Assembly (NCBI GenBank): GCA_025558095.1
Contig: JAIVFI010000022.1
Span: forward strand, 62,001-126,000
Origin: Hyaloraphidium curvatum SAG 235-1
Taxonomy: Eukaryota; Fungi; Monoblepharomycota
Direction: 5' to 3'
DNA length: 64,000 nucleotides
Below the pieces are notes generated by a model that did no database searches, was not told the origin of the DNA, and was given only the letters and a program-made list of their open reading frames with translations. Position numbers and translations under genes: made by a program. Every line of letters starts with the position of its first letter. Position 1 is the first letter of the stretch. Below, one piece after another: positions 43,985 to 54,863 of this stretch.

Positions 43985-46480
43985 ATGAGCGGTGGCGTGC
44001 GTGGCATGCCGCCGGTGGGCGTCGCGCAGGCGCCGGCAGCCGCGGCTCCCATGGGAGACGGACGTGCGGGGTCCCTGCTGGCAGCCTTCGGTCCCCTGCG
44101 TGGAACCGCGGCCGGAGGAGCCAGCGAAGCTCCCCGCGGCGAGCTCGACAAAGCGTCCTCTCACCCGGCGGCCGACGACGAGATGGGTCTCACGCCGGCG
44201 GGCCGGGCGGCCTTTGCCGACGCGCTGTTTGAAGCCGTGCCCCCGGGCCTCGCCGTGTTCCACGCCAATACGTTCCGCGACTTGAACTCGGGCAGAAAAG
44301 TGGCCGCCTACCCGCCCCTGGAGGAATTCTACACTTCCCCCGTGATCGTGGCCGCGATTGAATGGATTGGGGCTCGGACCGAGTTGGCCAGAAAAGGCCC
44401 TCCGGACGCGGCCTGCGGCCTGGCAGGAGTACAGGAATCCGGGCTGCAGTATTCGACAAAGTACGACCTGGCCGGCCTGGTCCACGTCATGGAGGCCCGC
44501 TTCGACAGGATGGTCAAGGCCGAGCTCAGCCGGTTCTGGGACGAAGTCGGCGAGCTGCCGGCCAGCGCCGGCCCGGCTCCCCTGAGAACAATGCGGAACC
44601 TCGCAATGCAGTGGGCCATCATCATCGGCGTCACGTTCGTGTACCTGCAGATGCTGCGGCTCGAGGCCGCGCGCTCGCTGATCCATCAGCTCGTGCTGGT
44701 CTGGGGCCAGATGGGCGTCCCGAGCTCGCGGCCGCGGAACGGGGAGCCGCTCCCGGTCGCGTATGGCCTGGACGACCTGTTCCTCAACGAGCACTGGCTC
44801 GACGCGTTCTATTCGGTCTGCTACATGGACCTCCGGATGACGTCGCTCGAGGGCGGCGGCACGGCCCCGACTTTCCACCCCGCGCTCGACTTCCCGGACG
44901 TGCACCTGGTGCTCCCGATCGAGCTCGTCCGCTCGTCGGTGCCCATCCCCTCGTGGCGCACGCCCAATGGCCCCGTGCCGACCGAGCTCCTGGCAGCGAT
45001 TCCGAGGTTCGATGTCACCTGCCGCGACTTTCTTGGCTGGCTGGATCCCTCCCTCTCGCCGCCCGTCGGCGACACCATGCGGTCGCGCATATTGTCGACC
45101 TGCGTGACGGACATGGAAAACTCGGGCACGGCCTACCTCGGGATCCTCCTCGCCGCCGTGACGCGCAGGGTCACGGAGCTCCGCCGCTTCCTCCGCGAGA
45201 CGGCGCGCCTCACGATGCTAGACGTTATGATCGCCGAAGAGCTCCTCGCCCGCTCCGGCATCGACCCCGACTGCATCGACTCGTCGAGCGCCTCGCTCGT
45301 CGTCCCTGCCGGACTGGACTCCGCCTATGTGCGCCGCGTGCTCGCCAACCCGCACCTTTCTTCCATCATCCGGCAGCGCACTTTTCTCAGCTCCGCCGTC
45401 TCGTCGATCCAGGCCGCCCTTCCAGCGGGCCTCTCTGCGGCCTTCCGCGCCAGCGATTTCGACGCCTTCGAGCTCGCGGTGCCTTTCCTTCGCGGGCCGC
45501 TGGCGCAGCACCACCTGCTCGCGGAGCTGCTGGATCTCTGGCGGGTGGCGCTGATGCTCGTGTGCCCCGAGCCCGCCGAGGACCCGGACGCATGGGCCGG
45601 GCGGCCGACTTCCGATGCGGACGGGGATCCCGTCGAGGGCGAAGCGGACATGGTTCGCAAGGTCTGGTTCGTCTCGCCCTCCTTCGCCGGCGCTTTCGGG
45701 ATCTGCACCGTAATCGCCGGAAACGCGCGCATGCTCCTCGCGCGCTTCGGGGCCGAGGGCGACGGCTTCCAGCGCAACCTGTTCGCGCCGATCGCCTGCG
45801 CCGCCGCCGGCTACGCCGCCTGGCTCCTGACCCTCGTCCTCAAGCGGTTCAGCTGGATCGCCGCCGACGCCTTCGCCGCCGACGCGGCGCGCGCGGTGGA
45901 CCTGCATTCGGCGCTCGTTTCGGACGTGGGCGCGTGCCTGGACCTGCTGGATGCATCGGGGCGCGGCGACGCCGCGACCGTGCTGCGCAACCTCCTCGCC
46001 GGCGACCGCGCCGGGCTCACCCGCGCGGACCTGCAGATGCTCCGTGCGGCGAGGGCGATGGCGGCGCGGTGCCCGCACCTGGCGAGCGGGGAGCTCGGGA
46101 GGGCGGGGCACTGCTGGATGTGCGCGGCGCAGCGGTCCGGGAGGCGGGCGAGCGCGGTGGGGATCGAGAACGCGCTGCCGCCTGATCCGCTTTCTGCGTT
46201 CCCGGACTATGCAGACAGGGTAACAAGGACGGACAGCAGCTTTTCCTCCTCTACGGGGCACTCGTGGGGCTCCCATCACGGGCCCGGGGTGAAGAGGGTC
46301 CGCTTCGCCGACGAGGACGTGGAATACGAGACGTACGCCAAGGAGGAGTACCCGGCGCGGAGTATGTACGCCCCGGACGACGAGGAGGAGGGGGATGCGG
46401 ACGAGGGGGAGTTCATCTTCCGGGAGCCGGACAGGGGGGCGACGATGAACACGCTGCTGGCGAGGCTGAGGAGCGGGTGA
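43985..46480 (+). CDS. Large hypothetical protein (fungal transcription-factor middle-region-like) with CxH..CxxC motif and PP1-docking RVxF string
   Basis: 831-aa intronless ORF with coding-type GC3 bias; paralog at 62818-64000 shares WF(V/T)SPxF, DVxACLDxL and CxH..GxCxxC. Confidence 0.7.
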   Translation: MSGGVRGMPPVGVAQAPAAAAPMGDGRAGSLLAAFGPLRGTAAGGASEAPRGELDKASSHPAADDEMGLTPAGRAAFADALFEAVPPGLAVFHANTFRDLNSGRKVAAYPPLEEFYTSPVIVAAIEWIGARTELARKGPPDAACGLAGVQESGLQYSTKYDLAGLVHVMEARFDRMVKAELSRFWDEVGELPASAGPAPLRTMRNLAMQWAIIIGVTFVYLQMLRLEAARSLIHQLVLVWGQMGVPSSRPRNGEPLPVAYGLDDLFLNEHWLDAFYSVCYMDLRMTSLEGGGTAPTFHPALDFPDVHLVLPIELVRSSVPIPSWRTPNGPVPTELLAAIPRFDVTCRDFLGWLDPSLSPPVGDTMRSRILSTCVTDMENSGTAYLGILLAAVTRRVTELRRFLRETARLTMLDVMIAEELLARSGIDPDCIDSSSASLVVPAGLDSAYVRRVLANPHLSSIIRQRTFLSSAVSSIQAALPAGLSAAFRASDFDAFELAVPFLRGPLAQHHLLAELLDLWRVALMLVCPEPAEDPDAWAGRPTSDADGDPVEGEADMVRKVWFVSPSFAGAFGICTVIAGNARMLLARFGAEGDGFQRNLFAPIACAAAGYAAWLLTLVLKRFSWIAADAFAADAARAVDLHSALVSDVGACLDLLDASGRGDAATVLRNLLAGDRAGLTRADLQMLRAARAMAARCPHLASGELGRAGHCWMCAAQRSGRRASAVGIENALPPDPLSAFPDYADRVTRTDSSFSSSTGHSWGSHHGPGVKRVRFADEDVEYETYAKEEYPARSMYAPDDEEEGDADEGEFIFREPDRGATMNTLLARLRSG

Positions 46481-46743
46481 ATGCCTCGGGGACTTCGGAT
46501 GTCCGACTTGGTGTACCGTCGTCTGTTAAATGACATCTTCTAGGAAGATTGAGCACAGGAGGTCTGGCGCATGCGCTTGACTGTTCGGGCGGCTGACGGT
46601 TGGACCCGCTTTCACCCCATTGACCCCATTGGGGTTGCACGCCCAAGGAGACCGGCCGAAGCCACCCGTGACGACGCCGGCCGTCTGCGACCCACAGCAA
46701 CACCCGGACCTCCGTCCGCGATCCTCCGCGCAACCGTCGCGCC

Positions 46744-48260
46744 ATGCCCCGCGCCGCCGCGCCCCGCGGGGCCGCCGTGGCTGTGTTGGTCATCCTGTTC
46801 GCCGCGGCCTCGTTTGTCCCCGGCGCCGCCTCGGTTTTCGTGCGGACCACTGGTGAGTACGGCGATTCGTCGCTGGGGCCGTGCCGAGGTATGGCGGCGG
46901 AGGCGCCGGCGCCGCAGCGGGGCTCATCGGTGGTGCCTGATCCCCGCGGACCTCGCGGCCGTCACCCGCGTCCGCTCGGCCTTCTCGGCCTCGCCCGGCC
47001 TCTGCCTGCCTTCGGACGCCGAGAAGCTTACCGGCAGCGGCTGCTCGGAGGCCGGCGGCTCGTTCGTCCACACGTTTTGCGGCGAGCTGCCCGCGATGCC
47101 CGTCCACCGGGGCCTTCCTGGGTGGCCGTTCGCCGAGCCCATCAAAAACCTTGGTAAGGCGCGTTGGTGTTTCGCTCCCGCTCAGTCCCTGACCAACCTT
47201 TTCAGAAACTTCCCCCGTGGCCATCGAGTACACCTACGAAGGGGGAATCTTGAGCTGCGACGGCCCCGACGAGGCGCAGACTCTGCCCGCAGACGGCCTC
47301 AAGGAAGCCAGCTTCGCCTTCAAGGACTGCAACACCACCACAAGCACGGTGTGCCATCCCGGCTCCGAAGGCGGCGCGGATGCCTTGCTCTCGGCGTGCG
47401 GGCATCTTGGTACGTGAATGGCATCGCACGGAATGACCCGGGAGCCTTCTGACCCTGGCCCCGCAGATGACCATCCCTTCCGCGGCGCGGTCGTCGGCAC
47501 CCCGGCGGTGCGCGAGCAGACCCACAGGCTCGCCGCGAGGCAGACGCGCTTCAGGAACTGCGGCAACAACCGCACGTGCTGCTCGTTTTACAATTCCCAG
47601 GTCGTCGTTTCCGGCATCGACGAGTGCATATCCGCGGCAACGTTCAGTAGCGAGCACGCCAACTTCGATCCCCTCACGGGGATATGCCGCCTCTACTACG
47701 CCTTCTGCAACAGGTGGACCCCGGCGCCGGGCACCCTTTTCTTCTCCTCCACCGAAGAGAACTGCCCCAGGCGGGGATGCGATCCTATCGACCCCCCGGC
47801 AAACTTCACGCGCTTCGTCGGCTGCGCAACCGGCGTGTCGTGCTGCCCACCTCCCGCTGAGGTCCGCTACGTGCCGACCCTCGAGGACTGCGAAAAGGCG
47901 TGCGTGTCCCTCGGAGGAAGCTACTGCAGAGCCGTCAACTACCTCCCGGCGACGCGGGAGTGCAGGCTGTGCTACGGGTTTGAGGACGAGTTACAGGGTT
48001 GCCGACAGAGCCACGGCTTCGAGGCCCCGGGCGTCATCATCACCACAGTGAACGCATCCGAGTGCCCGCCGCCGAGGTCGAGTTACCCGGGCCAGTGCGC
48101 GGGGTGGATCGGGCTTCCGGCCCCCAAGCGTGCGACGTCGAGGAGGCGGACGACCACCAAGAAGCGTACGACCACCAAGAAGCGCACGACGATCAAGAGG
48201 CGCACGACGAGCAAGCGGCCGGCGACGAGCAAGCGGCCGGCGACGACCCGGAAGGGGTGA
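46744..48260 (+). CDS. Secreted PAN/Apple-domain protein, copy 1 (possibly inactivated)
   Basis: Signal peptide; CEKAC..CRAVNY..ECRL PAN motif; basic KKRTTT tail; intron-1 acceptor reads CGG where copy 2 has CAG. Confidence 0.65.
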
Positions 48261-48541
48261 ACGGCACAGGGGAAGTTCTGAGTTCATGTTCCGGGTTCCC
48301 TAGTAAGACATAAATCATGTCGATTCGTCGTGTTCTCCAATCTTCAGGAGGCAATTTGTAGATAATGGGTGGCCGAATCGGAGGCCACTCGACGTGACGT
48401 GCGGCTTGCGTGCGGCTGACGCGGACCCGCTTATTTCCCCCCATCGGGACCGCCCAAACCCCCAGGCGACACTCCGACCAGGCTCCGGCCGGCCGAACCC
48501 CGCGCCGCCCCCTTGTTGCTTCGTAGCCGGGCCGCGCCGCC

Positions 48542-50022
48542 ATGCCCCGCGCCGCCGCCGCGGCCGTGCTCGCCGCCCTCGCCGCGGCCTCGTGCCTCGC
48601 GGGCGCCGCCGCGATTTCCGTGCGGACCACGGTGGAATACAGTTACTCGCCAATGGGACCGTGTCTTGGTACGGCGGTGGAGGCGTCGGGGCCGGAGGGG
48701 GTCTGACGCCGTCCCTCGACCGCAGACACCTCGGCCATTGCGCGCGTCCGCTCGGTGTTCTCGGGCTCCCCCGGGCTCTGTCTGCCTTCCGATGCCGAAA
48801 AGCTTGCCGGTAGCGCCTGCTCGGAGGCCGGCGGCTCGTTTGCGCGCACCTTTTGCCGCGAGGTGGCGTCGATGCCACACCACCGCGGCCTGCCGGGCTG
48901 GCCGTTCGCCGAGGCCATCGGGCACCTGGGTAGGCACTCCCTCGGCAGACCGACCATGTTTTTGTCTGACGGTCGGCGTAGAAACCTCCCCCGTGACGGT
49001 CGAGTACGTCTACGAAGGGGGAACGGTGAGCTGCGGCGGCCCTGGTGAGGCGCCGGCGCTGCCAGAGTCCGGCCTCAAGGAAGCCAGCTTCACCTTCGCC
49101 GATTGCACGCCCGTCAGCAAGACCGCATGCTATCCCGGCTCCCGGGGTGGCGAGGACGCGGTGCTCTCTGCCTGCGCGCGGTTCGGTGGGCTGCCTCGAA
49201 CGGGCACATCCGACAAGAGCTGACCAGTGCACCGCAGGTGACCACACCTTCTTCGGCTCCCCCGGCAACGCGCCACCCTTGCGCCAGCAAGACCACCGCC
49301 TCGCCGCGCGGCAGACCTTCCGGGACTGCGGCTCCAACCGCACCTGCTGCGAGGGCCACATGCTCGCCACCGGCGCCTCGAGCATCGAGGGGTGCGTGTC
49401 CGAGTGCAGGGATTGGGACCGCTGCGCGGCGGTCAACTTCGAGCCCCGCACGGGGATATGCCGCCTCTACGACTCGCGGTGCACGCGGTGGACCGCCTCC
49501 CCCGGCACGCTGTTCCGCAGCTCGCGCGCCGCCTGCCCCGCGCAGGGATGCCCCGCGGCCCCCCCGCCCCCGCAGGGCTACGTGCCCTTTGCCGGCTGCG
49601 CCGCGGGCCGGTCGTGCTGCGACGCCCCCGTGCGCATCGTGCACACCGCGGACCTGGGGGACTGCGAGGAGGCGTGCTGGGCCCTGGGAGACGGGAACAG
49701 GGAGCTCTGCCGGGCGGTCAACTACTATCCTGCGACCAAGGAGTGCAGGATGCACACCAACGGGTGCGACGTGGCGGGGTTCGTGGCTCCCGGGGTGGTG
49801 GTCACGGCGATGAACGCGACGGACTGCCCGCCGGCGCGGGACAGGCCGTCGAACCTGTGCTTCCCGTGGGTGGGGATGCCCGCGGTGCGGAGGACGACGT
49901 CGAGGAGGCCGGCGACGACCAAGAAGCGGACGACGAGCAGGAAGCGGACGAGCACCAAGAAGCGCACGACGACCAAGAAGAGGAGGACGACGACGCCGCC
50001 GATAATAATGCCCAACGCATGA
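48542..50022 (+). CDS. Secreted PAN/Apple-domain protein, copy 2
   Basis: Signal peptide; two PAN motifs (CVSEC..CAAVNF..ICRL; CEEAC..CRAVNY..ECRM); three GT-AG introns at the same positions as in copy 1; basic Thr/Lys/Arg tail. Confidence 0.78.
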
Positions 50023-50290
50023 TCGGGCCGGAGGGATGCCGGCGTGGGTCTCATCACTGGAGGGGGCGGCGCGGTGATTTGCCTCGGACGGCAGGGGCGC
50101 CATTTCGTCCCGATCTTGGATGGAGCCAGGGGAAAGAGAAAGCTCGTCGGGACATCCCGTTGTATTTTGCGGTGGCGGGCATCATTGTTTCCTTCTGGCC
50201 TGGTGTATGCGCAGTGCACGCGCACCCGCCGTCCCGCGTCGTGCCCCGTCCACCACCCTCCCGATGCCCGCGTCCTCCCCCTCCTCCCCC

Positions 50291-52033
50291 ATGGTCCTGC
50301 GCCAGCGGCCCCGCCGCGGTGCGCCGCCGGATCCCGAGCCCGGCGCCGCGACGGTCGCGTGGTTCCCGGCGGAGGCCGAACCGTCGCCGCCCGACCGTTC
50401 GCGCGCGCGCAGGGCGACGACGCCCGGCGCGTGGGAAGAACACGACGGGGAGGAGATGGACGGCGAGGAGATGGACGGCGAGGAGATGGACTGGGAGGAC
50501 GGGGACATGGAGCATCTGGGGGGCGCGCGGGAGGCGGGGGCCGGAAGGCCAAGGCGGAGGGGGAAGCGGCGGTCGCCGAGGCTGCGCGGGGCGCGGGACG
50601 GCGAGGGCTCGGACGGCGAGGGCTCGGACGGCTCGGGCGAAAGCAATTCCGAACGCGAGGAACCCGAGGACGGGGACGGGGACGGCGCAGAGGGGGAGGC
50701 CGGGGAGCCCGAGCCCGCGGAGGAAGACCGCGAGCCCGCTGCCCCGGCCTCGCCGCAAACCGGGTCGCCCACAGGCGCAGCGCGCCCAGCGGACGGCAGG
50801 GAACCCGACCGACCGGACACCGCCCCGCATTCGGCGCCAACGACGCCCAAAGCCCGCACCGAGCCCGGCACCGCGGCGCCGACCGCGCCTCCCACCCCCT
50901 CCCGTACGCGCGACGCACCCGCACGCTCCGCCGCGCTATCGCTGCTCTTTGTCGCCGCGCTGGGGATGATCTGCCTCCTCTTGGTGCTCTCCGTAGGTCC
51001 CCGCCTGCGCCCGCTGCGCCGGACTGACGCCGGGAAAGTTCCCCAAACCCAGGCGGACGTTCCTCAGGACCCTGGCGGGGTGGCAGGACGCGTCGGGGAA
51101 AGCGTGGGGGAGGGCGAGGAGGGGGTCGTTGCGGGCCGTGGAGAGGGTGGTGGGGTGATTCGACCATCGCGATACCCGTTCCTCCTCCTTGCTCCGCGGC
51201 GGGCTACCCCGCAACAGGGTATCTTTGCCGAGCTGCCCGGGTTCGCGAGGACGGGGGAAAACGTCTTCGACGGGGCCGGCGGGCCGCGGTTCTGGCGCCA
51301 CAAGCACCCCGAGCTGGGAGAAGCCCTGTGCGCGATCGGGCTCGGGCCGGACTACGCGCACAGAGCGACCTTTTTCGGGGGCCTGCTTTCCGACGGGGCC
51401 GTGGGGATGTCGCGGGGGGAGGCCGCAGCGGCGTTCGCGCGGTGCCTGGGCGCCCCGACGCTGTCGGACGGGGATCGCCGCCTCATCGTCGGAGAATACG
51501 CGGACCGGTTCGAGACTTACTTCAAGCACCTCGGGCTCTTCGAAGCGCTCGCCGACCTGGGACTCTGGACGCCTCCGGCCGACTTCGTGCGCAAGATCCT
51601 GACCTTCGGCCCGCCCCCGCTCTCGGACGCCTCCTCCGACCCGGACGACCGGCAGACGATCGACCTCTCCGACCCCGCCCGCCGCGGCGCCTTCCGCCTC
51701 CTCCACCTGGCCCTGACCAAGCTCGGCCTCCCCGCCGCCCCGCAAGACCTCGCGCTCGCCGTGCGCCTCGCCAAGGCCTCCGGCCCCCTCCCCGGCGCGC
51801 GCGGGCCGGTCCGGCTCCTCATCCACAGCGGCGCCGACGCCGATTCGCCGATCGTGAAACAGGCAGTGCTGGAGGGGCCGAGGTACGCGGGGTTCAAGGC
51901 GGACAAGGAAGAGGCGCGGTGCTGGAGGCGCTGGGCCGAGGCGGGGTCGCTGGGCGGGCTGCCGGCGGAGCTCGTGGAGAGGATCGCGCTGGAGCGGTGG
52001 GAGGGGGACTGCTGCGCAGGGGGAGATCTTTGA
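50291..52033 (+). CDS. Hypothetical protein: acidic N-terminus, one TM helix, helical-repeat region, C-terminal LPxE (F-box-like) motif
   Basis: DGEEM repeats; TM LSLLFVAALGMICLLLVLS; ankyrin-like VRLLIHSGAD; terminal GGLPAELVERIA; likely introns near 50993-51220. Confidence 0.55.
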   Translation: MVLRQRPRRGAPPDPEPGAATVAWFPAEAEPSPPDRSRARRATTPGAWEEHDGEEMDGEEMDGEEMDWEDGDMEHLGGAREAGAGRPRRRGKRRSPRLRGARDGEGSDGEGSDGSGESNSEREEPEDGDGDGAEGEAGEPEPAEEDREPAAPASPQTGSPTGAARPADGREPDRPDTAPHSAPTTPKARTEPGTAAPTAPPTPSRTRDAPARSAALSLLFVAALGMICLLLVLSVGPRLRPLRRTDAGKVPQTQADVPQDPGGVAGRVGESVGEGEEGVVAGRGEGGGVIRPSRYPFLLLAPRRATPQQGIFAELPGFARTGENVFDGAGGPRFWRHKHPELGEALCAIGLGPDYAHRATFFGGLLSDGAVGMSRGEAAAAFARCLGAPTLSDGDRRLIVGEYADRFETYFKHLGLFEALADLGLWTPPADFVRKILTFGPPPLSDASSDPDDRQTIDLSDPARRGAFRLLHLALTKLGLPAAPQDLALAVRLAKASGPLPGARGPVRLLIHSGADADSPIVKQAVLEGPRYAGFKADKEEARCWRRWAEAGSLGGLPAELVERIALERWEGDCCAGGDL

Positions 52034-53018
52034 AACAAGGAGGAGGAATAACGTCGTCGTCGTCGACATGAGCAGAGAGCAAACGCAATGGCGAACAGAG
52101 CAGCAAGGTGTTACCCCACAGTCTCTCCGTGTATCCCTCACCGGGTACATGAGTAGATCCCGCGAGCTGTTCTCCACTGCCCCCGCCCGAGATCGCGACA
52201 CGGACAGAGCCTTGCTGCAATCCGCGCGAGCCACCGCGAACGGCGTCCCGTCGTCCCGTCCGCGAAGAACCCCGACAGTCATCGCCATCCCTCCCGATAC
52301 ATGGATGTCCATCTCGGGGGTCCTCCCGGCACGTGGCGGAAAGCCAGGCTCCGAACCTGCAGGGAACGCCCGGGGTGGATGGCAGTGGCGCCGAAGGATC
52401 CTTCCCCCTGACTTCCCGGGCCCGGTGTAGCCGAGGGAACCCCGGCCGCCCGTGTCCCTCCGATCGGGAAATGCAATCATTGTATTGCATTTTGATGTGC
52501 CGCATTACGGCGCCCGGAGGCAGTAAGTCTTGCACGTGGCCGGATGCGGCCGCCCCTCGGCCACGGGAACCGTCGGATCACGGGGTCGCGGGTCCCTCTG
52601 GCCTGCACTTTGGCAAGCTCACGCCGCAATGTTCGTCCAGAGTAGCTCCCCTGCTCGGGGAATGCGGCCTTGCGGTGGCGCGAACCCATTCGGTGCTGCT
52701 GCTGCCAGGAGACAGCCAGTAGGGGTTCTCAGGGTCCGGTTCCCTGGACTACAAATACCAGGGCCCTACCCACCCCGAACTGTCAACTCCAGACACTCGA
52801 CGACGAGGTGCGTGACCGGTCGTCCACCGCCGCCCGCCGACGTCCGCCGCCGCCGCGAACGCGGTGCCGCGGACGGAGGCCCGCCGGGGGCGCGGCGCCC
52901 CGTGCTTTTGCGACTTGGCGCTGACCGTTTCTTCCTCCCCCTTCCATCGCCCGTTTGCGCCCATCAGGCAGCACTTTACGGACCTTCCCTACCTCTTCCC
53001 ACCGAGAACCGCGTAGCC

Positions 53019-53582
53019 ATGGCCCAGGTGAGCCCCGGCCCCGCCCCCTCATCCGTAACCTCTCTGATCACCTTCCCTCCCCACCACCAGCAGCAGCCCG
53101 CCGTCCTCCCCACCGCCCCCTCGACCGGCCCCAAGGACGAGGACTTCCCCGCTGCCCTCGACAAGGGCGCCGGCACCATCATCGACCAGATAATGGTGGT
53201 CAAGACGGTCGACGAGATCCCCCCGCTGTCGCAGAAGGCCGCCGACCTCATCTCGTCCCCGCTGTTCCAGAACAGGGGGCTGGACGCGCAGATGGCCGAC
53301 ATCCGCGACAACGTGCGGCTGCACGGGGAGCTCAAGGCCATCCTGCTCCAGATCGAGGCGACCGAGTGGGGCGCGGACGGCGCCGCGCTCGCCGCGCTGT
53401 CGGAGAAGGCCGCCGCGCTCATCACCCCCGAGGTCACGGCCAAGCCCCAGGTTCGTGCCCCTTGGTTCTTCCGCGGCGCGTTCTCCGTCTGATTTCGCCC
53501 CGTCGTGCAGCTCGCCGCCACCGTCTCGCGCATCCAGACCGACGTCGGCGCCGCCATCAACGCCAAGAAGCCCGCCGCCTGA
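53019..53582 (+). CDS. Small alpha-helical orphan protein (~150 aa), copy 1, three exons
   Basis: MAQ|..DFPAALDKGAGTIIDQIMVVKTVDEIPPLSQKAA..TAKPQ|LAATVSRIQTDVGAAINAKKPAA*; extreme GC3 bias. Confidence 0.8.
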
Positions 53583-53656
53583 GCGGGTCGCTGTCGGGCG
53601 GGCGCCGCCGCGGGCCGGTAGTGCGGTGGCGATGTTCGGGTAGTTTGTGTGCCGGA

Positions 53657-53700
53657 TGGCGTTGATCTATCGTCTTGTTGGCGTTGATCTATCGTCTTGT
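53657..53700 (+). repeat. Perfect 22-bp tandem duplication
   Basis: TGGCGTTGATCTATCGTCTTGT x2 in the 3' flank of copy 1. Confidence 0.9.
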
Positions 53701-54254
53701 TTTCCCCGTACGGGTTGGCCCGACCGCGAGCAGTCCTGGTCTGTCCAACTGCGCCCGCCTGCCCATCCCGAAATCCGGCCTGGGCCATCCGCGGCGAGGC
53801 TCATTCGGGCATCTTATCGGGCCTCCTGCCGGCCGGATGGCATGCTGATCTCTGGGTTTGCCCCGGCAGTGACCCCCCTCGGCGCGATCACAGCGGTATC
53901 CCACTCTCCACGGCCGCTGCGGACCAGCCGCGGGTCCGGAATTGCGGATGCCGTCATCGCCGGTCCGATCCGTCAGCGGACCCTCTCCCTGGCTCCGGGA
54001 AAAGGGGCTGCGGTCGGGTCCGAAAGGACCCTGATCACGCAAGCTCAGGGCGCAGGGAGACGCCCTTTCCACCCCGACCGCAAACTCGGCACCGTCCATC
54101 CCGCTCCCGCGCCGCCGCCCCGCGCCCGCACTCCGCTTCCCGCCTCTTCCGGACCCGCAGAAAAGGTGCGCCCGCCGGGGCGGCCCCGCGCCGCCGCGCG
54201 CCCGCGTTGGACCCCGCTGAGCCGCCGCGCCACGCGCATCGCCCCCGCCCGCCG

Positions 54255-54263
54255 CTATATAAC
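54255..54263 (+). promoter_or_regulatory. TATA box
   Basis: CTATATAA within very GC-rich sequence ~75 nt upstream of ATG 54336. Confidence 0.55.
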
Positions 54264-54335
54264 GGCCCCGCCCTCGCCCGCCCATCATCGTCACCGTACT
54301 CGTCGTTCGCACCCCCTCGCCCTCCGACAGAAGCC

Positions 54336-54863
54336 ATGGCCGAAGCCAAGGTGCGCGCCGCCGCCCCCTCCCCCCGCCCCCGCTGATCCCCGCGTGATCC
54401 CCGCAGCCCGCCATCTCCGACGCCGAGATCCCCGCCGCCCTCGACAAGGCCGCCGGCGCCCTCATCGACCAGATCATGGTCGTCAAGACCGTCGACGAGA
54501 TCCCCCCGCTGTCGCAGAAGGCCGCCGACGTGCTCGCCAGCGCCGAGTTCGCGGGCCGCGGGCTCGACGCCCAGATGGCCGACATCCGCGACAACGTGCG
54601 CCTGCACGGGGAGCTCAAGGCCATCCTGCTCCAGATCGAGGCCACCGAGTGGGGCGCCGACGGCTCCGCCCTCGCCGCCCTGTCGGAGAAGGCCGCCGCC
54701 CTGATCACCCCCGAGGTCACGGCCAAGCCCCAGGTCGGTCCCCTCCCGTGTCCCCCATGCGAGACCCGGCTAACCCCGCCCGTGTGTGCAGCTCGCCGCC
54801 ACCGTCTCGCGCATCCAGACCGACGTCGGCGCCGCCATCAACGCCAAGAAGCCCGCCGCCTAA
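54336..54863 (+). CDS. Small alpha-helical orphan protein, copy 2, three exons
   Basis: MAEAK|PAISDAEIPAALDKAAGALIDQIMVVK..TAKPQ|LAATVSRIQTDVGAAINAKKPAA*; same intron positions as copy 1. Confidence 0.8.
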
